From: Candidatus Spongiisociaceae bacterium
Lineage (GTDB): Bacteria > Actinomycetota > Acidimicrobiia > Spongiisociales > Spongiisociaceae
Direction of reading: 5' to 3'
NCBI GenBank assembly: GCA_965262915.1
Contig: OZ253564.1
Location: forward strand, 2,720,001-2,784,000
DNA: 64,000 nucleotides
Below are positions 49,363 through 59,988 of the stretch, piece after piece; position 1 is the first letter of the stretch; each line of letters begins with the position of its first letter. Made by a program: the position numbers and the translations under genes. Under the pieces are notes generated by a model. That model worked only from the letters and a program-made list of their open reading frames with translations. It did no database searches and was not told the DNA's origin.

Positions 49363-50162
49363 GCTGCAAGGCACCTTTCCAGCAGGCGCCGCGCCAGTAC
49401 GCCGGAGGCATGGCGCCGGTAGTCCTCGGTACCCCGGTGATCGGTGATCGGACGCACCTCCTCGGAGACGAGCCGGGCGAAATGGTCCAGGGCCGCCGGT
49501 CCGGGGTTCGGTTCCCGGGAGATCATCTCCTCGGCCCGACGGGCCCGGATCGGGGTGGGACCGACCGAACCGAGCGCCACCCGGGTGCGCCCGCCATGCC
49601 ACCGGAACACGCAGGCCGACACGATGGAGATCACCATGGCGCTTCGCTGGCCGATCTTGGCGAACTCCTGGCGGTCAGGCAACTCGTCGGGCAACAGGAC
49701 CGCGGTTATCAGTTCGTCAGGCCGCTTCGAGGTCCGTTTCACGCCGGTGAAGAACTCGTCCCAACGGACGCGACGAGTCCCGCGGACCGATGCGAGCTCG
49801 ATCTCGGCATCCAGTCCGGCCAGGAACGGAAGCGCGTCTCCCGCCGGGCTGGCAGTGCCGATGTTGCCGCCGATGGTCCCGGCTGCCCGGATCTGGGGCG
49901 ATCCGATGGTTCGGGCCAGCTGTGCCAGCGCATTGTGATCCCCCGACTCGAGGGATCGGAAGGTCACGCCCGCCCCTATCCGCTGCCGGGAAACGCTTCG
50001 GAGCTCCTCGACACGGCGGAGGGTGATCACCGCCTCGGGACGCAGGAGTCCGAAGTTGACCTCCACCATCAGGTCGGTTCCCCCGGCGAGGGGCACGGCG
50101 CGCGGGCACGCCTCCAAGGCTGCTACCGCCTCCTGGATGTCCGCCGGACGGATTACCTCCAC
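49359..50162 (-). CDS. pucC: Xanthine dehydrogenase FAD-binding subunit
   Basis: LAGGTDLMV, GSPQIR..GTIGGN..ASPAGD, PITDHRGT..YR. Confidence 0.88.
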   Translation of the reverse strand: MEVIRPADIQEAVAALEACPRAVPLAGGTDLMVEVNFGLLRPEAVITLRRVEELRSVSRQRIGAGVTFRSLESGDHNALAQLARTIGSPQIRAAGTIGGNIGTASPAGDALPFLAGLDAEIELASVRGTRRVRWDEFFTGVKRTSKRPDELITAVLLPDELPDRQEFAKIGQRSAMVISIVSACVFRWHGGRTRVALGSVGPTPIRARRAEEMISREPNPGPAALDHFARLVSEEVRPITDHRGTEDYRRHASGVLARRLLERCLAA

Positions 50163-50302
50163 CTCGGGCTGCTCCCTAGTTCTGGTTGCTTTACGAGTTA
50201 TAGAGAATAGCTGATCGGCAGGACACCTCTCGGGATCAGCCCGGGAGTGTGATCGAGAGCTCGGACTTACCAGACCCTCGGCGGTCTCCTACCCTTCCGG
50301 AT

Positions 50303-51256
50303 ATGGAACGACTCCTGTTGTGCGCCAATCCGGCGGCGTCGGGCTTCACCGGAGGTCTTCATCGGGCCGTCCTGGCGCGCCTGCGCCGGCAGTTCGATGT
50401 GGAGTCGGAATGGCCCGAGACGGCCGCAGATACCCGGGCTACCAGTGCGGCTGCCGCCGCGGACGGATACGACATCGTGGTGGCGATGGGCGGGGACGGA
50501 GTGGTGCACCATGTGGCCAACGGGATCGGCGGTACGCCGACCGCCCTCGGAATCATCCCGGTGGGTTCTGCCAACGTGCTCGCCCGTCTGCAGGGTGTCC
50601 CGTCCAGAGCCGTCCCGGCAGCCGAGTTCATCTGCACCCGACCGCCGGCCCGCCCGATGCCGGCTGCCATGCTCACCCTGGATCACGGTGAGCGAGGGGT
50701 CGAGAGCCGCCTCGCCACCTTCTCGTGCGGTGTCGGTTTCGACGCCGCGGTTGTGGAGCGGGCCGAGCAGGAGCCGCACCGTAAGTACCACCTCGCCGGA
50801 CTCCACTACGCCAGGTCGGCCGTCTCGGTGGCGTGGACCGAATTCGCCGGACGTGAGCCCGTGCTGGCGGTCAGCGCCCGGGACCGGTCGGCCGATGCAG
50901 TGGCGGTTTTCGTCCGGCTCTACGACAGGTATACCTATTTCGGTCGGATACCCGTCCGCTTCGGATCTCACCGGCCGGACACGTTGGCGGTACTGGTGGC
51001 GCGTTCGTTGTGCCGCCGCCGGATCCCATCGGTGCTGTGGCGGGCCGTGACGGGCGCCGATCTGGAAAGGATTGAGGGATTCGAGGTCTGGTCGGGGATC
51101 ACCTCGTTGGGCGTGGTCGGGGGCGCCGACGGCATACCCGTCCAGGCCGACGGGGAGTTACTCGGTTCACCCCGGAAGTTCTCCGTTGCAGTTCGTGCAA
51201 ACCACCTCCGGATATTGACAGCCGATTCGCCGCCGGGCGACCGGTTGTCCCGGTGA
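50303..51256 (+). CDS. Diacylglycerol/lipid kinase family protein
   Basis: NPAAS, MGGDG, IIPVGSANVLAR, GFDA, QADGE. Confidence 0.88.
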   Translation: MERLLLCANPAASGFTGGLHRAVLARLRRQFDVESEWPETAADTRATSAAAAADGYDIVVAMGGDGVVHHVANGIGGTPTALGIIPVGSANVLARLQGVPSRAVPAAEFICTRPPARPMPAAMLTLDHGERGVESRLATFSCGVGFDAAVVERAEQEPHRKYHLAGLHYARSAVSVAWTEFAGREPVLAVSARDRSADAVAVFVRLYDRYTYFGRIPVRFGSHRPDTLAVLVARSLCRRRIPSVLWRAVTGADLERIEGFEVWSGITSLGVVGGADGIPVQADGELLGSPRKFSVAVRANHLRILTADSPPGDRLSR

Positions 51257-51333
51257 GACCTCCCGATCCGACCTCCTGTCACCGGGGTCCGGATCGTCGG
51301 AGGTGCTAGGTTTTCGGCGGCCCCGCATTATGA

Positions 51334-53211
51334 TTGACTCGGTGGTTCCCGATCCACATGTCTAAGCCCCTCCGAGCAGTTCTCTATATCGTCGCGATGG
51401 CCGCCGCGGTCGGCTTGGTGCTCGTCGTACTCGATGCCATCGACCGTTCGCCGGAACCACCGGAACCGTCCGGTCCGACCAGCGACGATGCCATCGAAGC
51501 CATACTCGAGTTGGAGGGCAAGCTCGCCAGGATCCCAATCTGGGTCGATGTCGCGGGGACCCGGTTCGAGTTGATCCCCGCCGCCATCGGCTTCGACCTC
51601 GACGAGTACTCCATTCTGGACGCGGCGCTCGAGACAGGTTCTGCGGAGTCGGTTCTCGAAGCGGTCAAGCTCTGGGTCGAGCAGGACCAGGCAACCGTCT
51701 CCTGGCCGATCGTGCCCACTGTCGACGAGGCGGCGCTGTCCAGGATGCTCGACGAGTACGACTCGCTTCTGCATGGACCGCAGGAGGGGAATATCGTCGT
51801 GGAGGGGACGACCCCTGTCCCGCAGTACCCGCGGTCGGGCTTGGTGATCGATCGCTCGACCGCCGGATCCCGCATAGTCGAGGCGTTGGGTGGGTGGCCC
51901 AGGCCCGAGTTGGTGCTCATCGACACCATCGAGGAGATGCCGGTCCTTTCGATCGAGGCCGTGGATTCGGCACTCGACGAAGCGAGGCTTCTGCTGGACG
52001 GGCCGGTGACGCTCACCCGAACCGATCCGGATGCCACCCTCGTGCTGAGCGTGGAGCGGTTGGCGCGGGCCTTGCTGGTGCGGGTGGAGCGGGTGCCCGA
52101 ACCGCGCCTGGTGGTGGGTCTCGACCCCGCCGTGATCGACGGATACATCGAACCTCTCCGGACCAGCTTCGTCCCCGCCCCGGTCGACGCCCGCTTCGTC
52201 ATCGACGACGAGGACAACATCACCATCGTTCCGGGAATCCCCGGCGCCATCATCGACGCGGAGTTGGCCGCCCTCCAGGCGGTCCAAGGGGCCCGGAATC
52301 CGAACAGGACCACAGTCCTCCCCCTCGTCGCAGGAGTGGTGCCCCAGGTCAGCGCGGAGGAACTCGAGGCTCTCGGTGTGAAGGGCAAGATCAGCGAGTT
52401 CACCACCAAGCATCCGTGCTGCCAACCGCGGGTCAACAACATCCAGCTGTTCGCGAGGACCATCGACGGCTTGATCGTGTGGCCCGGCCAGATCGTGTCG
52501 CTGAACGACGCAGTCGGAGAGCGGACGTTCGAGAAGGGTTACGTTCCGGCGCCGACCATCATCAGAGGTGAGATTACCGATACCGTGGGGGGTGGCGTGA
52601 GCCAGTTCGCCACCACGTTCTACAACGCGGTGTTCTGGGCCGGGCTGGAGATCATCGAGCACCAGCCCCACAGCTATTACTTCTCACGGTACCCGGAGGG
52701 TATAGAGGCGACGATCAGTTGGCGACAGCCCGAGTTGGTCTTCCGTAACGATACGAACCATGCGGTGGTTATCAAGACCGCATACACAAGCACTTCGATA
52801 ACCGTCAAGCTGTTCGGCGACAACTCCGACCGGAGGGTGGACGCGTGGGTGACGGGCCGGTTCGATCCCAAGGAGTTTCCCACGGTCTACTTCCCCAACC
52901 CCGAACTGATGCCCTGGGACGAGGAATTGGAGGTGCAGCGGGGCGCCGACGGATGGTCCGTAAAGGTGACACGCGACCTCACCTTCGTGGACGGCTCGAC
53001 CACTACCGAGGATTGGATCGTGCGTTACCGGCCCTGGCCGCGCCATGTCGAGGTCCATCCGTGCCTGCTTCCCGAAGACTCGGAGGACTACACAGGTGAG
53101 GAGTGTCCCCTCGAGCCGGCCACCATCCCGACGACCGAAGACTCCCCCACCTCGACGGAACCCTCCCCGGACTCCGAAGCCGCGTCACCCACCACCACGT
53201 CGGAAGGTTGA
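51334..53211 (+). CDS. VanW family protein with N-terminal TM and PG-binding-like regions
   Basis: RVNNI, SLN..VGERT, GGGVSQFATT.YNA, HS.Y.SRYP.G.EAT, FRNDT. Confidence 0.9.
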   Translation: MTRWFPIHMSKPLRAVLYIVAMAAAVGLVLVVLDAIDRSPEPPEPSGPTSDDAIEAILELEGKLARIPIWVDVAGTRFELIPAAIGFDLDEYSILDAALETGSAESVLEAVKLWVEQDQATVSWPIVPTVDEAALSRMLDEYDSLLHGPQEGNIVVEGTTPVPQYPRSGLVIDRSTAGSRIVEALGGWPRPELVLIDTIEEMPVLSIEAVDSALDEARLLLDGPVTLTRTDPDATLVLSVERLARALLVRVERVPEPRLVVGLDPAVIDGYIEPLRTSFVPAPVDARFVIDDEDNITIVPGIPGAIIDAELAALQAVQGARNPNRTTVLPLVAGVVPQVSAEELEALGVKGKISEFTTKHPCCQPRVNNIQLFARTIDGLIVWPGQIVSLNDAVGERTFEKGYVPAPTIIRGEITDTVGGGVSQFATTFYNAVFWAGLEIIEHQPHSYYFSRYPEGIEATISWRQPELVFRNDTNHAVVIKTAYTSTSITVKLFGDNSDRRVDAWVTGRFDPKEFPTVYFPNPELMPWDEELEVQRGADGWSVKVTRDLTFVDGSTTTEDWIVRYRPWPRHVEVHPCLLPEDSEDYTGEECPLEPATIPTTEDSPTSTEPSPDSEAASPTTTSEG

Positions 53212-53233
53212 ACGGACGACCGGCGACCGGTGG

Positions 53234-53539
53234 CTACTGCCGGTTCTCTGCGTAGTGGATCAGAGAGTTCCGGATGGTGCCGGCGGCCAACTCGGCCTGC
53301 TCGTCGGTCCAATCCCCTGAACGTCTGGCCGAGATGGCGTTCGAGAACACGTACACGGAGACGAGAGAAGGAATGGAGGCGAAGAGGGCGCTCGCCAACT
53401 TGGCCGGGAACGTATTCGAGGCGGCCGCGGATTCGGGGCCGGGGTACGTCTCGCCTTCCTGACCGGACAGGCTGCGGTCGGTGTCGAAGACGGCCACGTC
53501 ACCGAGCAGCAGACGATCGACTTCGATCAGTTGACCCAA
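53234..53539 (-). CDS. Hypothetical protein, Nfu/NifU N-terminal-like
   Basis: AAGGAGA RBS plus TTG; LA..LF....V.SVYV..N.I pattern. Confidence 0.6.
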   Translation of the reverse strand: MGQLIEVDRLLLGDVAVFDTDRSLSGQEGETYPGPESAAASNTFPAKLASALFASIPSLVSVYVFSNAISARRSGDWTDEQAELAAGTIRNSLIHYAENRQ

Positions 53540-53567
53540 TTGTCTCCTTGCGGCGCCGACAGGAACT

Positions 53568-55055
53568 CTAGGCGACCCCACGGCGGGTCACCAACCGGCG
53601 CCCGGTTTCCTGTCTGTGTCGCTGAGGAAACCTCAGACGCTCGCCGATGACGTGGAGTTTCACGAGGTTGGTGGACGCCTGGCTGTTGGGCGGTACGCCG
53701 GCGATCATCACGACACCCTCACCGCGCTCGCAGATACCGGTCTTCTCGAGGTACTTCTCGGCGGCCGCGAACATGAGATCGGTGGAGGACCGGCGCTCGA
53801 AGGGGATAGGCGTGACGCCCCAGTACAGGGCCATCCGGCGCCTGATCCGGGCGCTGGGAGCGAAGACCATGATGTCGGCGGACGGCCGGTACTTGGATAG
53901 GAGCCGGGCTGTACCGCCCGACTCGGTGAAGGCGACGATGGTCCGGAAGCCCAGATCCCGGGCGGCTTCGGTCCCCGCCTTGGCGGTCGCCGAAGCGAAG
54001 CTCATCGAGCTCTCCAGGAAGTCCACCTCGTCGTCGTCGGCCATGTGTATGTCGCGGTAACGTTCCGCTTCGAGACAGATGGACGACATGGCCTCGATCA
54101 CCCGGACCGGGTGCCGTCCCACAGCGGTCTCGGCGGAGAGCATCACCGCGTCGGTGCCCGACGCCACCGCGTTGGCCACGTCGGTCACCTCCGCCCGGCT
54201 GGGGCGCAGAGCAGTCACCATCGACTCGAGCATCTCGGTGGCCGTGATCGAGATCAGACCGGCCCGGTTGGTGCGCCGCAGGATGTCCGACTGGACGTTG
54301 GGGATGGTCTCGAGCGGGAGCTGCACGCCGAGATCCCCCCGCGCCACCATCACCCCGTCCGCCGCCTCGAGGATCGAATCGAGGTTCTGGTAGGCGAGGG
54401 CCAGTTCCACCTTGGCGATGATCGGCACATCGGGGCCGGCGAGTTCGCGCACCTCGGTGATGTCGTCGCCTTCCTTGACGAAGGAGGCGGCCACGTAGTC
54501 CACGCCGAGTTCGCGACCCACTTCGAGATCCTCACGATCCTTCTCCGTGACCGGACCTACCTGGAGGTCGCTGTCGGGAAACGCGACACCCTTGCGATCT
54601 CGTAAGGTACCGCCCCGGTGGATCAGGACCTCGAGGGTGTCACCGACTACATCGGTTACCCGGCCGCCGATCACCCCGTCCGACATCACCACCCGGGCCC
54701 CGACCTCCACATCGTCAATCAGGTGGTCGTAGTCGACCGGTATCAGGCCCGGGCTCCCCTTCCTGTCGGTGGCGATCATGCGTACCACGTCACCGCGGCT
54801 CAACTCCATCTCGCCGCCCTCGAAGAGGCCCACCCGCGTCTTGGGGCCTTGAATGTCCTGGAGCACCGCCACCGACCGCCCCGCCTCTGCGGCGGCCGCG
54901 CGCAGCCATCCGATCATCCGGCGATGGGATTCGTGGTCGCCGTGGCTGAAGTTGAGCCTGGCCACGTCGATCCCCGCCTCGACCAGGGCCTTCACCGAGT
55001 CGGGGTGGGCGACCGCGGGGCCCATCGTGGCCACGATCTTCGTCCTGCGTAACAC
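53568..55055 (-). CDS. pyk: Pyruvate kinase
   Basis: RRTKIVAT.GP, RLNFSHG, D.QGPK, VMVARGDLG, D.VMLS.ETA. Confidence 0.96.
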   Translation of the reverse strand: MLRRTKIVATMGPAVAHPDSVKALVEAGIDVARLNFSHGDHESHRRMIGWLRAAAAEAGRSVAVLQDIQGPKTRVGLFEGGEMELSRGDVVRMIATDRKGSPGLIPVDYDHLIDDVEVGARVVMSDGVIGGRVTDVVGDTLEVLIHRGGTLRDRKGVAFPDSDLQVGPVTEKDREDLEVGRELGVDYVAASFVKEGDDITEVRELAGPDVPIIAKVELALAYQNLDSILEAADGVMVARGDLGVQLPLETIPNVQSDILRRTNRAGLISITATEMLESMVTALRPSRAEVTDVANAVASGTDAVMLSAETAVGRHPVRVIEAMSSICLEAERYRDIHMADDDEVDFLESSMSFASATAKAGTEAARDLGFRTIVAFTESGGTARLLSKYRPSADIMVFAPSARIRRRMALYWGVTPIPFERRSSTDLMFAAAEKYLEKTGICERGEGVVMIAGVPPNSQASTNLVKLHVIGERLRFPQRHRQETGRRLVTRRGVA

Positions 55056-55136
55056 CTGACCCCAAGCTACACAGACGGCGCCGCTACTCCAAGGTTCTCG
55101 GACGGCGGCATGCGAACGGGGCGCCCCCCATGTGCT

Positions 55137-55800
55137 TCAGGAGCCGGACAGCGGAACCGAAGCGAGCAGTTCGGTGAGATCCGACACGCCGATGCTATCG
55201 AGGTGCTTCGTCGCAGAGACGATCTTGGTTCGCAACGCCTTATCGACCCGTTCGGCTGCCAGCCTGACGAACTTCTCTTCCAGCAGATCCCACGACTCGG
55301 GACCGGTGTGCGAACCTGTGTAGTCGTTCTTGACGTTGACGAGCACGGTTCCGTCCTGCAGATGGAGCCGCACCCGGCACGGCAGTTCGGCGGGGAAGCG
55401 GGCGCTCATCTCGTCATCCTCTCGCACGATCACCTTCCTGAGCAGGTCCTGGACATCCCTCCTGGAGATCCGCTCCGGCGCGAACTGCCGAGGAGTGACT
55501 TCACCGTCGATGAGAGCAACGGCCACGAGGTAGACGAGCGAGTGATCGGCTTCCTCCTTGGTGGCGACCAGAGTCTTGTCTCCTGCCCCACTCCCGATGA
55601 TCTCGTAGGCAGCGTCGAACACGTCCACCTCGATGTAGTGCAGTTGGGACGGTGAGACAGAATGTCTCTCTCGTAGCTCGAGGAGGGCTTCGATAACCGA
55701 CTGGGCGTGGCCCTCGGCGTTGTACCTCTTGATGATCGTGGCGTGCACCCTGTCGACCATCTCGTCCGGCCAGGCCACCTCGAAGTCCCCGCTTCGGTGC
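55137..55800 (-). pseudogene. C-terminal fragment of MmgE/PrpD (2-methylcitrate dehydratase)
   Basis: IIKRYNAE.HAQS, TKEEADHSL.Y, KF..LA; the N-terminal half is absent. Confidence 0.72.
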
Positions 55801-55948
55801 CCTACTCCGGCGTCCGCCGCGACGGCCGCCACCTGTACTACTACGTCGATGAGTTCTACTCAGCCCCCGACGCGGACCGGGCTTTGGTGGGGAGCGGTTA
55901 CTGCGATGAGTAGCCTATTGGTGGCCGGGCAGTCGGAAGGAGGCGGAA

Positions 55949-56593
55949 GTGGACGTGTTCGAGTTGATGCGGACGCAACGTAGCGTCAAAGCTTTCAGGC
56001 CGGACCCGGTGTCCGACGATGACATCCGCACCATCCTGACCGCAGCTACCTGGGCTCCGAACGGCACCAACGCGCAGCCGTGGGAGTTCATCGTCATCAA
56101 GGACCCCGACGTCAAGAGGAGAGTTGCCGACATCTATCGGGAGGGTTTGAGATTCCTGCTGGACCACCCTCGACGCCAGGGTCACAAGCAGCCCGACAAG
56201 CGCACCTTCCACAAGACGATGATGCGCAAGTCTCGCTTCTTGCGTGACCACCTCGAGGAGAGCCCGGTACTCATCGTCGTCGCGATGAACAAGGAAAAGG
56301 ACCACCTCCCCCGCTATGGGGTACTCAAGGCTATCCGCGCCGAGGCGACCTTCACATCGATCATGCCCTGCGTCCAGAACCTGATGCTGGCGGCCCGCAG
56401 TCTCGGTCTCGGTACGTGCCTCACGACGGCTCTCAACATCTTGGAGGAAGACGCCAAGATCGCGCTGGGGATGCCCGAGGAGACCCAGATCATCGCCCTG
56501 ATTCCTCTTGGATATCCCGCGGATGACTTCAAGCCCGTCACGAGGATCCCCGCCGAGGAGTTCACGCACTGGGACAGATGGCAGCGAGACTGA
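55949..56593 (+). CDS. Nitroreductase family protein
   Basis: RSVKAF, WAPNGTNAQPWEF, QNLMLAARSLGLG, IPLGYP. Confidence 0.92.
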   Translation: MDVFELMRTQRSVKAFRPDPVSDDDIRTILTAATWAPNGTNAQPWEFIVIKDPDVKRRVADIYREGLRFLLDHPRRQGHKQPDKRTFHKTMMRKSRFLRDHLEESPVLIVVAMNKEKDHLPRYGVLKAIRAEATFTSIMPCVQNLMLAARSLGLGTCLTTALNILEEDAKIALGMPEETQIIALIPLGYPADDFKPVTRIPAEEFTHWDRWQRD

Positions 56594-56744
56594 CAGCCCG
56601 GCGAGTGAAACGTTGCCGGGGTTCCCGGAGCGGCTCACAAACCAGGTTCGGCGTATACGGGTGGACAGCTCACTCGACCACACCTACAACACCGGAACCG
56701 ACCCACCATGAGCCGCCGCTTGGCAACTACGGCTCCCGGGGTGT

Positions 56745-57743
56745 CTAGACCTTCATCAGCACCTTCATCGATGACGAGTCCTGGACCAGCTCGAACGCTC
56801 GCGCCGCCTCGCTCAGATCGAGCTGGTGGGTGACGATCGGCTCCAGGCTGACCGACCCTGCGGCGGTGAGCGCGATCCCACTGGCGTAGTCGCTGATGAG
56901 CGCCGCGCGGGGGTGGTGGATGGTCAGTTCCTTGAAGTAGAGGTCGTAGTAAGGGAGACCTTTACCGGCTCCAACCAGAGTTCCATAAGAGAGGACTTCA
57001 CCACCGATACCGGTAAGAGAAATGGTGTCGGCGAGTGTGGCCTCGTACCCGGCAGCTTCCACCCCGAGATCGGCGCCTCTCCCATCTGTGTGCCCCAGGA
57101 CCACCTCCGTCGCCTCGGACGGGTCGGCTACGGCGATGGCCCCCAACTCGAGAGCCAGGTCGCGCTTCCACTCTGATCGGGTGATCCCGATCACATCCAT
57201 CCCCTTCAGACGGAGCAGCTGGGCCAGGATCTGGCCGCTCACGCCCAGCCCCACCACCACCGCCACCTGACCGGGGAAGGGGTGGAGCCGCTCCACAGCA
57301 TGGACGCAGGTCCCCAGGACCTGGAGCAGCCCCGACGCCTTTTCCGAAACGTTGGGGGGTATCGACACCAGGCGGTTGGTGGGTGCCGTGATGTACTCGG
57401 TAAACACCCCATCCATATCGCGACCGAGGAGCCCGCCGTTCCGGCACAGGTTGGGCCTACCCGCCGCACAGAGGTCGCACCACCCGCAAGACACTGCGGG
57501 GTCGACCAGGATCCGGGTCCCAACGCCGTAGAAAGATCCAGCGGGGGCCGAGACCACCTCACCTGCCATCTCGTGACCCATGATCAGTGGGTAGGCGACA
57601 CCGACCCTCCCGGTGAAGATCTCCGTGTCGGTCCCGCAGATACCCACCTGTTTGATCCGGACGACGACCTCGCCGTCAACTCCCGGCTCGGGCACGTCGG
57701 CGATCTCGACGGCGCCCGGGCCTACGAGACGTACCGCCTTCAA
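56745..57743 (-). CDS. Zn-binding alcohol/sorbitol-type dehydrogenase
   Basis: GICGTD, GHE.AG, CGWCDLC..G..NLC, GLGVSG. Confidence 0.92.
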   Translation of the reverse strand: MKAVRLVGPGAVEIADVPEPGVDGEVVVRIKQVGICGTDTEIFTGRVGVAYPLIMGHEMAGEVVSAPAGSFYGVGTRILVDPAVSCGWCDLCAAGRPNLCRNGGLLGRDMDGVFTEYITAPTNRLVSIPPNVSEKASGLLQVLGTCVHAVERLHPFPGQVAVVVGLGVSGQILAQLLRLKGMDVIGITRSEWKRDLALELGAIAVADPSEATEVVLGHTDGRGADLGVEAAGYEATLADTISLTGIGGEVLSYGTLVGAGKGLPYYDLYFKELTIHHPRAALISDYASGIALTAAGSVSLEPIVTHQLDLSEAARAFELVQDSSSMKVLMKV

Positions 57744-57983
57744 TCGGGCTCTCCTCCTCTATCGGGGAAATTGTAGGGGTCAACGATCGGGACCCGATCC
57801 GTGCCCGAGGCACAGCTCCGTCAGCGCTAGGAGCAAGGCAGATGGCGGATTTGGTCGGCCTGAGCTCTTTTCGATGGACGCCCGGGTCCAAGATGCGTTT
57901 CAATCGGACGCGCTCACGCGGTGCCAGGGCCTCGGGCGGCCCGGTTATGGTGCGTGGAGCCGAATCGAAGCGCACATGGGACC

Positions 57984-58982
57984 ATGAAGACGATCGATAT
58001 CCATAGCCATCTCGCGACGCCTGACGCCCGCTCCCCGGTCGAGATCCATCGACGGCCTGAGTTCGAACCCTACGACTACTTCATGGGTCAGGATTCAAAG
58101 GATCGCAACAAGCTCATGATCCCGGAGATCGCGGACAGTCTCACCGTTCCCTCGGCCCGGCTCGAGCTCATGGACCGGATGGGGGTGGAGGTCCAGGGTC
58201 TGGCTACGTTTGTTTCGGAGTATTTCTATTGGGCACCCGGGCCCGCCGCTGCCGAGTCGGCCAGGATCCAGAACGACAACCTCGCCGCCGCCGTCGCCGA
58301 CTATCCCCACCGTTTCGTCGCCCTGGGAGCGACGGTGCCCCTCCAGGACATCGATCTCGCGATCGCAGAGATGGACCGTGCTGTCGACGAACTCGGTTTC
58401 AGGGGGCTCCAGATCGGGGGAACCGTCGATGGCCACAATCTGGACGAGACGAGGTTCCGCCCTTTCTGGGCAGCGGTCGAGGCCAAGGGGGTGCCGGTGA
58501 TCCTCCATCCCAGCGGATACCCGGAGGGCCTGCGCTTCTCCGACTACTTCTTGGTGAACTGTATCGGTAACCCTCTGGAGACGATGGTCGCGGCCACCCG
58601 GATGATTTTCAGCGGGCTGTTCGAGGAGCACCCGGGCATCAGGCTGGTACTGCTCCACGGTGGTGGCTACCTCCCGTTCTATTGCTCCCGCGCCGATCAC
58701 ACCTGGAAGGTTCGCCCCGAAACACGGACCAGGATCCCCGACCATCCGCCCAGCCACTACATGAAGCGGCTCTTCTACGACACGATGGTCTTCCAGCCGG
58801 TCTACCTGCGTCATCTGATCGAGGTTGTCGGTGTCGACCGTGTGATGCTGGGCACCGACTTCCCGTTCGACATGGGCGAGACCGACCCGCTTGCCCTCAT
58901 CGGCGCCACGCCGGGGCTCGACGACGAGGACAGAGCCGCCATCTCCGGAGGCAACGCCGCCCGACTCTACGGGTTGGTCTGA
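57984..58982 (+). CDS. Amidohydrolase_2 family (ACMSD-like decarboxylase/hydratase)
   Basis: IDIHSH, ILHP, HGGGYLP, LGTDFPFDM. Confidence 0.9.
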   Translation: MKTIDIHSHLATPDARSPVEIHRRPEFEPYDYFMGQDSKDRNKLMIPEIADSLTVPSARLELMDRMGVEVQGLATFVSEYFYWAPGPAAAESARIQNDNLAAAVADYPHRFVALGATVPLQDIDLAIAEMDRAVDELGFRGLQIGGTVDGHNLDETRFRPFWAAVEAKGVPVILHPSGYPEGLRFSDYFLVNCIGNPLETMVAATRMIFSGLFEEHPGIRLVLLHGGGYLPFYCSRADHTWKVRPETRTRIPDHPPSHYMKRLFYDTMVFQPVYLRHLIEVVGVDRVMLGTDFPFDMGETDPLALIGATPGLDDEDRAAISGGNAARLYGLV

Positions 58983-59112
58983 CTCCGGGCTCGGCTCGCA
59001 TCGTTCGATCCGGGTGAGGAGTTCGGGGCTCCCACGGTCGCGCTGTATCTACGCATCGAGCCCCTGACTCCGTGATCGGATCCAGGTCCTCCGGCCCGCG
59101 AAGGGGCCCCGA

Positions 59113-59988
59113 TCACCTTTCCAGACCGGCCCTGATCTCGAGATAGCGACAGAGGACGGCGGCGTCGAGGCTGCCCATGCCGGCGGCGCTCGTCTCCCGA
59201 TAAGCCTCCAGTGCTGTGTCGAGCAGCGGCGTGGGAGCCCCGACACCCCTCGCGAAGTCCCGGATTATCTCGGCGTCCTTGAGGAGGATGTCGAGGCGGC
59301 CTGCCGGCGGGTAGTCGTCGACCACCATCATCGGTCCCCTGATCTCGAACATCTTCGAGGAGCCGACACCGTCCTCCATCACTCGCTGCACCGTCGCCGG
59401 GTCCATGCCGGCTGCCATGCCCAGAACATGAGCCTCAGCGGCGGCCAGGTTATGCACCGCCACCAGCAGGTTGGCGACGTACTTCATCCTCGACCCGTTC
59501 CCGAACCCCCCCAGATAGTGGCTGGAACGGCCGACAGCCGTCAAGACGGATTGAGCCCGGTAGAAGGCCTCGCGGCCCCCGGATGCGAACACGACAAGGG
59601 TGCCATCGGTTGCCTGGAGCCCGGTTCCCGAGAGTGGGGCGTCCATCAAGTCGATCCCCGACGCCGCCAGGACATCCCTGGCCGCAATCTTGGCTGCGAG
59701 GGGGAACGTCCCGGTCTCCAGGCAAAGCAGACCCTCCGGGCCATGGGCCGCCACCTGGGCGGCAACGTCGGCGAGGGCCGGCACGGTGGGCAGTGAGAAG
59801 ATGACAATCTGGGAGGCGGCTCCCACGGCTCCCGCCGAGTCCTCGATACGGACTCCTGCTTCGGCCGCGGAGGATCGTCGCCCCTGGTCGATGTCGAACC
59901 CGAGGACCGTGTGACCGGCGGCGACCAGGTTGGCTGCCATGGGCGAGCCCATGACCCCGAGCCCGATTACTCCGACCATCTCAGTCAT
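59113..59988 (-). CDS. Beta-hydroxyacid (3-hydroxyisobutyrate-type) NAD(P)-dependent dehydrogenase
   Basis: IGLGVMG, DAPLSGT, MKYVANLL, KD. Confidence 0.9.
   Translation of the reverse strand: MTEMVGVIGLGVMGSPMAANLVAAGHTVLGFDIDQGRRSSAAEAGVRIEDSAGAVGAASQIVIFSLPTVPALADVAAQVAAHGPEGLLCLETGTFPLAAKIAARDVLAASGIDLMDAPLSGTGLQATDGTLVVFASGGREAFYRAQSVLTAVGRSSHYLGGFGNGSRMKYVANLLVAVHNLAAAEAHVLGMAAGMDPATVQRVMEDGVGSSKMFEIRGPMMVVDDYPPAGRLDILLKDAEIIRDFARGVGAPTPLLDTALEAYRETSAAGMGSLDAAVLCRYLEIRAGLER

Noticed and set aside
38052-50162. coxG plus Mo-hydroxylase genes as an aerobic CO dehydrogenase
   Set aside because: The large subunit has CGAMRGFG rather than the form I AYxCSFR motif and resembles PucD; coxG is 8 kb away.
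56650-56711. HTYNTGTDPP-stop, resembling the tail of a DUF222/HNH gene
   Set aside because: Too short to support a remnant call.
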